A stretch of DNA of 62,519 nt, filler included, from Fonticula-like sp. SCN 57-25 (Eukaryota), in assembly GCA_001724245.1 (NCBI GenBank). It is 9 parts of 9 records of this genome, joined end to end, with 100 filler letters (N's around TTAATTAATTAA, not from the genome) between each part and the next. Parts side by side here need not be neighbours in the genome. Positions count along the whole stretch, not along the records: positions 49,160 to 55,791 come from MEDX01000429.1; positions 55,892 to 62,519 come from MEDX01000430.1; 7 more parts are not named here. One strand, written 5' to 3'. Numbering within the stretch: the first letter of the stretch is position 1; the number at the start of each line of letters is the position of its first letter. Under the pieces are notes generated by a model that was not told the origin of the DNA, did not search any database, and saw only the letters and a program-made list of their open reading frames with translations. Of this stretch, positions 49,657-59,158 are shown in pieces. The translations under genes and the position numbers were made by a program.

Positions 49657-52381
49657 TCAGATTTTATTGATTCTCACGATAGCTTCCTTAACTGCATCAA
49701 CTGGTGTCACATCCGAATTTCTATCCAGTGTTGTTTGGACAATCGGTTGAACATTTGGAATAGGGAAAACTTCACTGAAGTTTCTGGGAATTTTATCCTG
49801 AGGAATGTAAAAATGATAGTTTTTGCTCGTCAACACTTTGAACTTATCGGAGTATTCTTGGACTTGGTCCTCAAACGATTTGGAACGATTTGGGTAAAAT
49901 GTTACCGTGTCGTACTTGCTCTCATTTACAAAATGCAGGTAGATGCAACCGTACATATTGTTCTCCTTCTTGAGTTGCTTCTCGGATGCACCACCCACCC
50001 AACGTAAATAAATAGCCTCCGGATCCTTCTCCATGAGCTGTCTCACCTCCTCAAAAGGCAAGAAGTGGATCATCCTGTGCGAGTGGTTTTCGAAAAGCAT
50101 TTATTGAATGGGAAGGTAAGTACAGATAAACATACACACATGAAAACGTGGATAAGCACATACACAGATGATTGAGAATACACACACACACACATAAATA
50201 AATACAGAGAGAGTGACAAACACCAAAAGTAGAACAAACGTACTTGTTCTCCCAGATGAACTTGAGTGCCGGTACGGTGTGCTTGGATGTGTACTGCAGA
50301 CATTGCTGGAATTGATAAATGTTGCTCGCAAATTGAATCATGAAATCCCTCTCATTCAAGGTCATATCCTTGAGAATGTACTGCTGCTGGGCATCAGTCA
50401 ATTCTAGACAATAGTACATTTTCATAATCTCCAGGAGCCATGTTTGGACATAGTCCAGCGAAATCTTGCCCTGAGTCTTGAGAAGCGAGTTGAAGTACTT
50501 TTGAACCTGGACAATATCTGGTACTCTGCTGAGGAAGATGAATGCCTCATCAACAAACTCTGAGATGGAATGCTGGTACTCGTCCCCATCGAGCGTAATC
50601 TTGTAGAACACATCAACCTCAATGAGCGAGGGGAGACACGCTGTGAGCATGTGGGGCACCTCAAAATAATCTAATATGGAGAGCTGTCCACGTTTCATGA
50701 CAATTGGGTTCTCCACATTCTTGGCAACCTTCTCCTCCGTGATGGGCCTATCTCGCAGCTTGTACCTGAAGACAAGAGTCTTATCAACCACAGCAATCTT
50801 TGGTGAGGGATCAAGCTCTCTCCTCTGTCTCTTCGCCAGGGGCTCCTCACCATCTGCTGCTGGAGTCCCCGTGGATGGATCATAGTCAAATATCATGACG
50901 AGACTGTAGTCCTTTTGGTGGAGCTGGTTCTTGGACTTTGAGCTCTTCTTCTTCTTCTTGGCACTCTCCTTCTTCTGCTCCTTTACGCGGGTCCTGCACA
51001 CTATTCTGGTGATGATTGTGTCCGGTCGCTCCACATGCACCTGGATGCTGCACTTGGGCTCCACAAGGGTTCCATAGAGAGTTCTGAAGCACTTGCGCTT
51101 CACCTTGAATATTTCTTCTCCGAAGCCATCCTTGTTGGTCTGCAGCTGTCCAGTGTACAGATCCATGTTACAGTTGTTCCCGCAGCTGGCCATCTGCTGC
51201 AATGATCCATCATATGCACCACCACTATCACCACCACCACTACCACCGGGCATAATGAGCAGCGGAGAGGGTGTGTGAGAAATGAGTTGCTGTTGCTGTT
51301 GAACGAATTGTTGTTGTTGAATGTGTGGTGCTGGTTGTGGTGCTGTTTGTTGCATGTGTGGTGCTTGTTGTTGCTGTTGGCCATGTGGTGGTGGTAGTAG
51401 TGATTGTTGAAGATGCGATTGTTGAATATGTGGTGGTAATGATTGTTGAAGGTGTGATGGTGGTAGTAATGATTGTTGTTGAAGGTGTGATTGTGATTGT
51501 TGTTGAAGGTGTGATTGTGATTGCTGTTGAAGATGTGCAGGTTGCTGTTGCTGGAATAGTGTAGAATTGGAGGCTGTTGTTTGTGGAGGGAGGACAATCT
51601 GGCTCTCAGACATGCGTCTGTACAGGTTCTGCGCTGCAAAAAGGGTGCTACTCGGGATCGGTGACTGAGGAGTTTGCGGATGCGGATGCGAGTGCAACTG
51701 TTGTTGTTGCTGTTGTTGCTGTTGTTGTTGTTGTTGCACTTGTTGCTTCTGAAGATGCAGATGCTGGTGCAAGTGTTGCAGATTGAGGTGGAAGGGAGGG
51801 TTGGAGAGCGTCAGCGAACCCATATTTCCACCTGTCTTGTTCAACTGTTGCTGTTGGTAATGTTGATACTGTTGCTGGTACTGTTGCTGTTGTGACTGTT
51901 GCATTTGTTGCTGGTACTGAGACTGTGGTACTTGTTGCTGGTACTGTTGATGGTATTGTGCCTGTTGTTGCTGGAGTGCCTGTGACTGGTGTGACTGATG
52001 TGACTGTTGTAGTGACTGTACCTGTGGTGCACCAGAGGAGGAGGAACTCTGTGCAGTTTGGAACAAATTGTGCTGCTGCAATTGTCCGGACACTGGACTC
52101 GCAAGGGAGGGAATCGACGAGTATCCGTACTGGAAGTTGATGTGGTTTCCGGAATACTGGCCGTGTTGCTGCTGCTGCTGCTGCTGCGAGGGCACAAGTA
52201 CGTAGTTGGAGAACGGGAGGGGCGACGCCTGCGGTTGCGACGACGACGGGCCGCCATTTGCAACTGCCGAAGCGGCAGCAGATGCCGTCGTCGGTTGCAG
52301 TAGCGTTGCCATGGGGAGCGCGTCGAGCGGATCGTCCACCGCGTAGTACGGTCCGGGGAACAGGTGGTCCGGATTGTCCAT
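49657..52381 (-). CDS. Q-rich STAT-like transcription factor (putative DNA-binding, linker and divergent SH2 domains)
   Basis: After splicing intron 50075-50243 the C-terminus reads LKFIWENKMIHFLPFEEVRQLMEKDPEAIYLRW...GCIYLHFV (SH2-like). It is preceded by ELTDAQQQYILK (linker-like), a basic KKKKK NLS-like stretch and a poly-Q N-terminus. Confidence 0.55.
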
Positions 52382-52448
52382 GCGCTGCGCTGCCGAACAG
52401 TTTTTTCGCACCTGCCTGAACTCAAGTCAACCACCGTGGTTGACTGAG

Positions 52449-55400
52449 ATGCCAAGGAGTGCGCAAGCGACGGCGGGGCGCATGGGGCCGCCGTCACAGC
52501 AGTCCGGAGTGCATGACAAGAGGAATTTTGTGCTGCTGAAACAGCGCGTGCAGCAGAAGAAAGTTGTCCCGTTTCTGCTCAACGGGTTTTCAAGCCTGCT
52601 AATCGACCGGAATCTGTATGCGAACAAGAGTGTACCAAATCTACGCGATTCGCTGCTCTACTGTCTCAGGAGATTGGAAACGCAGTATGCCGAGTACCAT
52701 GGCTTTAGTACACGAATTGACACCCCCATCCACGATGCCAAGCACCATAGTCCACAAATTGACACTTCCAAGCACCATGCTCCACAAATTCCCACATCCG
52801 TCCACCACGGCTCTAGTACACAAATTCCCACCTCCAAGCACCATGGTCCACAAATTGCCAATTCCGTCCACAATGGCCCACAAATTCCCACCTCCATCTA
52901 CGATGATCCACAAATTGCCACTCCCATCCACCATGGTCCACAAATTCCCACTTCCATCTACGATGCCAAGGAGCAGCTGTTGATTCAACAGTTGGTTGAG
53001 AAGAAGGCAACCACCAGTCAATTGCAGGACGTGTTGTTCAGGGCGCACACGAGGGCACGCAAGAGCTGCAAACCCGGTTATTTTAAGGAGGAAATTCAGG
53101 CACAGGTGGGCTGTTGGATGACAGAGATTTCGGCGAGTGACAAGGCATCGCAATTGCTGAATGCTGGTTTGGATGAGGCATGCAACACCCTCTGTGAGAT
53201 GCACATGCAGTTCCCCTTCTTCATCAGCTTGGTGTCTGATAAATCGTTCAACAAGCGGTTAACATCCAATGGCGTTCAAGTAATATGGTTGTGTCCAGAT
53301 AGCTCATTTGAAGATACTCCACTCAGCGAACTCACTCGGGAGGATGGAGAAGAAGAAGAAGTTTGTAATAGGGAAAATGCAGGAGTGGATTGTAAAGAAT
53401 CTGAAGGTGACAGGATGATGGGCCAAGAGCATGAAGTACCAGTTTCATCATTAAAAGAACCGCCTGTGGATCAAGCAGATTCATGTCAAACTGGTGAAGC
53501 TACCAATAACATGATCATGATCTCACTCAATGGAGGAAGTGAACTGAGAATAAGACATACCAAGAAGTACTTGTTCACCAATATTCAAACCAAGATGAGC
53601 GATAAGAGTTTTGAACAGTTCCAAGTGATGATAAAATATATTGCCAATCGGTACAGTCTCCTATTCATTGGATGCTCTGATGATGAAGATGAAAATCAGA
53701 TTGCGTATAATGTGAACGCAATTGGCGAAACACCGCATCCTCACTTTGCATTTATCCCACATTCCAAGAACCCTGAAATCCATTCCCCTCGTATCAAAGT
53801 GATTCGCAATGTTTGCGTGAACCCGAGTTATGTGCACAGTCCCATGGACACAATTTCCGATTTTCTCCTGTTACTCTCAAGATCTTTCTCAGATGAGGAC
53901 TATCGATCATTTCTTGACATCAAAGATTCCTCTGTGCAGCACTCAACCTTCTTCCGTCCAGATCAACGGCACGACTATCTAGAGCTGCAGACCAAATTGG
54001 AGCAACTAGCATCGCAGATCCAGATTGCAACTGCTGACTTGACCAATGTCATCGGGAGCGAAAAATATTTTAAAGATACTATTCTTGCGGACTTGGTTTC
54101 CCGATATAGCGACATGAAATGTTTCTGCGAATGGATTTATCCGAACGGTTTTGACTCTGCCGAATATGCCAACCAAATCGTGAACAAGATGATTGCACGC
54201 AGTATGGCAATGGAGAAGAATATCAAGTCTGGCAAAGATGTCCAAATCATGTTCATCGAAGAGAACATGCGTAAAGCATTGAAAGAGAGATTGGAAATAG
54301 AAGTGGAACGGTACCGCCGTCTCTTGGAGCTCATGTTACAATTTCCGAACTTGGATGTTCGAATGATACCAAGCACCCTCTTTTCTGACAACTACGGCGC
54401 ATGTAATCGCACAGAAGAGAAGGAGAAACTGTCGTTTGGTCTGGCCAAATTTGGCGAAAATATTGCGAGCTTTTATGCAAAGACAGCAAGAGGATCGGGA
54501 CGCATCTTCCATAAGCACCTAGTCTCCATGAACACTAATGATTGTTCACAAAAGGTCAAATTATTTGCAGTACGTTTTCAACCATTCAAATTTCAACAGT
54601 AATAACAATCGAAAAAAGAAATATTGGGACAAATGCACGATAAAAAGAAAGAAAACGTTTTCACGGGTGAATAATTCGCTTCCTGAGGAGCTTCGCTTAC
54701 CGGAGGATTTGGCCAACATTGTTGGCGATCGGCCAGTGCCAGAGAAGGAGTGTTTGCTCTTTGCAAAATTGCAGCAACTCAAATGCCAGCTAATGCTTCA
54801 AGGAAGAGGGTCGAAATATGAAACGATTGGCATGAACACCACACTCGAGAACTCTTCTTCCAATGCAACACCACTCTCATTACCAGTTTCTGATTCCAAT
54901 AGTGTCACAAGATCAGGATTTGCAAGCAAATTGGAATATGCAATGTTGAAAACCAAGGAAAGTGCAAAGATTGTGTTCATCAAGCACATTTCAGTGTCTA
55001 TCGAAAACGATGAGATCCATAACAACACACTCATTAATTCGTTCCAGAAGGAGTGTGAATTTGCAAAGTTTGTGACGCTCACTTGTTACACGTGTGTATT
55101 GGCTTATTTTTTTCTGTAGGAAATGTAGAGACAATGACCTGTACAATGCAAATCTTGTGAAAATTGATGATGCATTTATTGAGAACTTGGAGATGTGTCT
55201 GGTATACGAGTATATTCGCGGGAAGAATCTTTCTGAACTCGTTCACGAAGTAAACAAGAAATACGAACAAGATAACGAGGAACCACTGCTCACAATGGAG
55301 ACCAAATTATTTATTGCATTGAACATTGCGCGAGGGCTTCGCTTCATGCATGAAGAGATGAACATGGCACATCGTGACATTAAACCTGCCAATATCATGG

Positions 55401-55791
55401 TTGGCTTGGTATGTTATTGTAACAATTGGCTTCAGTTGAGTACTTACGCAACACAAGTCTGAACCGGATGCAGAGATCACCTGTGTAAAGATTGTAGATT
55501 TGGGTGGTGCCAAGGACGAATGTGATGACAATACACTCACACTGAATGGGAAAACATTGGGCACCACAAGATATCGAACACCACCATCTATTGGCGCCAC
55601 CTATTTCACAGACGACATGTACAGCCTCAGCATGACTCTTTGGGAGTTATTTGCCGAAGAAAAGCCATTCCACGCAGAGCTTTTCCAGGTAAATGAAGCT
55701 TACACCAACTTTGATATTTCAAGCTTTTCTGCTCAGAGTGGCAGCAATAGACCTGACATCAACAAACTAGGCGAAGACTGTCCTAGTCAAG
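52449..55791 (+). CDS. Degenerate SIR2-like + DUF5753/PLD-like + protein kinase fusion (spliced, 3' truncated)
   Basis: VVPFLLNGFS..VPNL, ISLNG and LLFIGCSDD (SIR2_2-like); RLLELMLQFPNLDVRMIP..LFA|KYWDKC; kinase motifs VFIK, HRDIKPAN, VDLG and DMYSL..LWEL...PF. Predicted introns 54570-54618, 55068-55119 and 55409-55457; start uncertain. Confidence 0.65.
52726..52970 (+). repeat. About 39-bp coding tandem repeat (13-aa unit like HHGPQIPTSxxxx)
   Basis: Several imperfect copies of CCACAAATT(C/G)CCAC..CC inserted within the SIR2-like domain. Confidence 0.85.
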
Positions 55792-55891
55792 NNNNNNNNN
55801 NNNNNNNNNNNNNNNNNNNNNNNNNNNNNNNNNNNTTAATTAATTAANNNNNNNNNNNNNNNNNNNNNNNNNNNNNNNNNNNNNNNNNNNN

Positions 55892-56425
55892 AATAACTTG
55901 ATCCCCTCCTTGATCCTCATAACTCGCGATATCATTCATATATCTTTGGCGCATATCATTAATACTATCATTATCGACATTTCGCCATATTCCCCGCTGA
56001 ATCTCTTCTTCCATATGTTCCAAAATTTCCCTTCCATAATGAGCGATCTCATTACTATTCGGATCTTCAAGATAATCAGACAAAAGATCTTCGGGATACA
56101 TCTTATATTTATGGTCAAATTTGTAAGTATCAATGTTTGAATACCGTCTAGGAAAATTCGTAAAAGTTGTCATATCAGTATCTTCATAAATTGGGCTGAT
56201 AAAATACATTCTACCCCTCACAACTTCAGTAGTCATTCCTTCTAACAAATTGGGCATATTACCGCCCCGAACAGCTAAATTATTACTTGAAATAAATGTA
56301 CTCAGTCTTGCCCCGCAATCACTACACAAACCCTTTATTTGATAACTTCCATTTCTTGCTGCATTAATTTCGATTGCATTCTCATGTACTTCCTTCCTTT
56401 CTCTCAAACAGTAAAATTTGTACAT
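55892..56425 (-). CDS. DUF5679-like Zn-ribbon protein with C-terminal extension (3' truncated)
   Basis: YCLRERK...RNG..IKGLCSDCGARLSTFI followed by VRGGN. Confidence 0.7.
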
Positions 56426-56438
56426 CTTTACTTCTTTA

Positions 56439-56933
56439 TTATAGATTTAAAAAATCTTCATAGTGAAATTGTAACTCTTTAGTAACGTTAATCTCGAAAC
56501 TGTCACTATCTAAATATTCATCCCCAACAGTATCAGTATCAGAATCATCTAGTTCTACCCCAGTATCAGGGATCCTATTCATACTCTGTTCCATTAAAAA
56601 TATTCTCACAGCATTTTCGAACCCATCCATCAGCTGTTTCTTGATATCACTCTCAAAATTCATCACTGGGTAGAAGAATACAATCATAATTTGCTCGATG
56701 GTAGTATAACAATCATCCCTTCTAATGTTATGGTCATAATCATACAAGTATGCACCAGTCAATAATTTTCTGACTTCCATGAGATGATGAGGTTTCATGT
56801 GAATATTACCGCAGATAAAACCTTTTAATAATTCTGGACAAACATGCCAATGATTAAAATAGTCATTGGGGGCTTCTATCCAATCTTCGTACTTTGTACC
56901 GAATTTCTCGTCACAACGCAAATTTGAAATCAT
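56439..56933 (-). CDS. Hypothetical viral protein (acidic C-terminus)
   Basis: 164-aa ORF in tandem with the neighbouring gene; TATATAAA immediately upstream. Confidence 0.65.
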   Translation of the reverse strand: MISNLRCDEKFGTKYEDWIEAPNDYFNHWHVCPELLKGFICGNIHMKPHHLMEVRKLLTGAYLYDYDHNIRRDDCYTTIEQIMIVFFYPVMNFESDIKKQLMDGFENAVRIFLMEQSMNRIPDTGVELDDSDTDTVGDEYLDSDSFEINVTKELQFHYEDFLNL

Positions 56934-57029
56934 TGTATTTTATATATACAAAAATATTATTTTCGTAATTCATTTTTTCTTCTTGAAATTTTCTTTTTAA
57001 AACATCCTAAAGAAACAGATCCAGTAGCA

Positions 57030-57742
57030 ATGGCAAAACTCAAGTTCCAGTGTTTGAAGGAGAAGAAGTCTGTCATGGCAGAGCCTACTTCTTCTAAGGA
57101 AATGAAGAACGGGGCGCTCCATGTATCGGCAAATTGCCCGGATTGTGGTACTAAAATGTACACTTTCACGGGAAAAAAAAACTAGTTGAAGGCTCTTCAA
57201 TCCCTTCATCATCATCACTTCAAGAAGGAGAGCAAGTATATTTAGCAGTTGAGAATTTCTATGTTCCTGGAAAGGGAGTTATCAATATCAAACATCCAAA
57301 GAAGTTATCCCATAGATCTTATGATATCGTCAAACGTGGCGGAAATGTTGCCCAAGCAGTAGCAGGCGCTGTTGAGGGCTCTCTAAAAGGAGCGTCAGAT
57401 CTCACTAATTCTATTGCAAATGCTGTAAATCAAGGAAAGATAACTGATCATGAAATTAATAAAGACACCGGATATATCAATGTTCAACAAGCAGAAAATA
57501 GGAATCGTGAAGCAATTGTAAACTCAACAGGATTTAACAAATACTTCCGCGAGCTTGCGCATATTCGTTATCACGATGAGGAGCAATTACCTACAAATCT
57601 CAGACTTGGTAGGTTTGGACCTTGGTATTGGGGGGCTCCATTTTCAGCTGCGATTAATTGGGGTGTAAATGCAGAGGCAAAAAAGAGAGCTGATGATGCT
57701 CTCTATGAGTATGCAATTAAAACATATCGTGGACCTTTGTAA
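57030..57742 (+). CDS. DUF5679-like protein (51 aa, 57030-57185) with -1 frame extension to 57742
   Basis: MAKLKFQCLKEKK..MKNGALHVSANCPDCGTKMYTFTGKKN*; the -1 frame is open from 57155 to 57742 with no ATG; junction G GGA AAA AAA AAC TAG. Confidence 0.75.
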
Positions 57743-57847
57743 CATAGTTATAAAGTGTCTACATTGTGACCTTTGTAAACTACGTTTATAAAGTGTCTAC
57801 ATTGTGTCCTTTGTAACATAGTTATAAAGTGTCAACATTGTGTCCTT
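57732..57847. repeat. Three tandem 36-38-bp hairpin-forming repeats
   Basis: G(A/T)CCTTTGTAAC-ATA-GTTATAAAGTGTC(T/A)ACATTGT three times; the middle copy is CTTTGTAAAC-TAC-GTTTATAAAG. Confidence 0.9.
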
Positions 57848-57858
57848 CTTTTTCATTC

Positions 57859-57882
57859 TTTATTCATAAATTTATGAATAAA
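57859..57882. terminator. Perfect 24-bp palindrome between convergent genes
   Basis: TTTATTCATAAATTTATGAATAAA equals its own reverse complement. Confidence 0.6.
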
Positions 57883-57917
57883 ATATCTCATTACTCCCTC
57901 TCTCCGTTTGTAGATTG

Positions 57918-58364
57918 TTAATCCTTCGTAGGATACATTTTATCAACGATAATCTCCTGTTTCGGCTCAGGGATTTCAGCCTCTTCTAGAATATCCTTAG
58001 TTTTCTCAATCTTCCTCTCACGCTCAAGTTCCTTCTTAATATCGCGAGGAGCGCAACCTGATAATGTCATTGTCTTAATTCGAGTAATCTCATTATCAAT
58101 CATATAATCGTAAATCAGACTCTTCAAAGTTTCCTCCTTTTCCTTGAGTTCGGCATAATGATGCTTGACTCGAAACTCTTGAATTCCAATATTTACCTCC
58201 TTTATATCAGCTCGAACATTCTTTAACTCATCAATTACATCGTCTATATCAATATCAACCTTTGAAGATTTATCGCTTTGTGAACCTTTTGATGTAGTCT
58301 TCTCTAGAGAAACCTTGACCAGATCTTCCTTGATGAAGCCCGGAGTTAAACGAGTGGGTGTCAT
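57918..58364 (-). CDS. Coiled-coil viral protein, possibly DUF5760-like
   Basis: ELKEKEETLKSLIYDYMIDNEI pattern; overlaps the ATPase 3' end. Confidence 0.55.
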   Translation of the reverse strand: MTPTRLTPGFIKEDLVKVSLEKTTSKGSQSDKSSKVDIDIDDVIDELKNVRADIKEVNIGIQEFRVKHHYAELKEKEETLKSLIYDYMIDNEITRIKTMTLSGCAPRDIKKELERERKIEKTKDILEEAEIPEPKQEIIVDKMYPTKD

Positions 58365-59100
58365 TTAGATCGATTGGTTCGTCAAAATTCTTTCTTAAAT
58401 AGAGTTTGTTTCCCTCGTTGTTCTTGTCAATAAACAAGAAATTATTAATTTCCTCTGGTTGCCCCGGTGTTTTCTCGATAGCGTAATTATACGCGCGAAC
58501 AAAATCGTTTAATTCAACGGTAGAACCGATCTGGCGGTAGATTTGTCCTAATCTTTCTCTCGTTATCCCTTTATATAAAATAAAATAATTTGATTGTTCA
58601 CGAATAATTTTTGGTGTGTTAAAAAATGCCTGTGCGAGATAAACAACGGCGCAATTCTGAGGTCTGGAGCGAATAAAATAATCAGTCATTACTGCATTGT
58701 TACTATCAGTCATGAAATCGTCAATAATAATCAAATTTTGTTTATCCGCGTCATACTCTTCAACTTTCAACATTTCAGATATACTTTCTCCAATATATGA
58801 AATACTCTCACCTATATTTTCTTCCACTTGAGCGATTGAATCCAATAAATCTTCATAGACCGGTTGATTAATATTTTTAGCGTAAATACTAATTGTATCG
58901 AATGATAACATCCCAATCAGTGACATCAACATAAAAGTCTTACCGCTGCCTGTATTTCCAATAACAGTAAGCCTAAATGGTCCATTCTTTGTAAATTGTG
59001 GAACTGAGTTATTTTTATTGCGGAATTTCCTCGTATTCTTAGTTTGTACGTGTAAAATCGGTGCTTTATCTAAAACCATCGTTTTATTCTTGGAACTCAT
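58270..59100 (-). CDS. A32-like (FtsK/HerA) genome packaging ATPase
   Basis: Walker A RLTVIGNTGSGKT, Walker B LIIIDDF, RSRPQN.AVVYLAQ and PKIIREQSNYFILY. Confidence 0.92.
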   Translation of the reverse strand: MSSKNKTMVLDKAPILHVQTKNTRKFRNKNNSVPQFTKNGPFRLTVIGNTGSGKTFMLMSLIGMLSFDTISIYAKNINQPVYEDLLDSIAQVEENIGESISYIGESISEMLKVEEYDADKQNLIIIDDFMTDSNNAVMTDYFIRSRPQNCAVVYLAQAFFNTPKIIREQSNYFILYKGITRERLGQIYRQIGSTVELNDFVRAYNYAIEKTPGQPEEINNFLFIDKNNEGNKLYLRKNFDEPIDLNDTHSFNSGLHQGRSGQGFSREDYIKRFTKR

Positions 59101-59158
59101 GATGAATCTCTTTTAATGAGAAAGAAAAAATTAATTATAAGATATTAAAAGTGTTAAC

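Noticed and set aside
54597-54608. TAA=Gln genetic code or readthrough (CAG TAA TAA CAA)
   Set aside because: A GT-AG intron at 54570-54618 removes the stops and restores the frame; TAA is also used as a true stop in the GH1 gene.
55792-55891. Integration of the viral element next to the kinase gene
   Set aside because: They are separated by an artificial linker; no junction is observed.
57732-57847. Mini-CRISPR array in the viral contig
   Set aside because: Units are directly abutting with no unique spacers.
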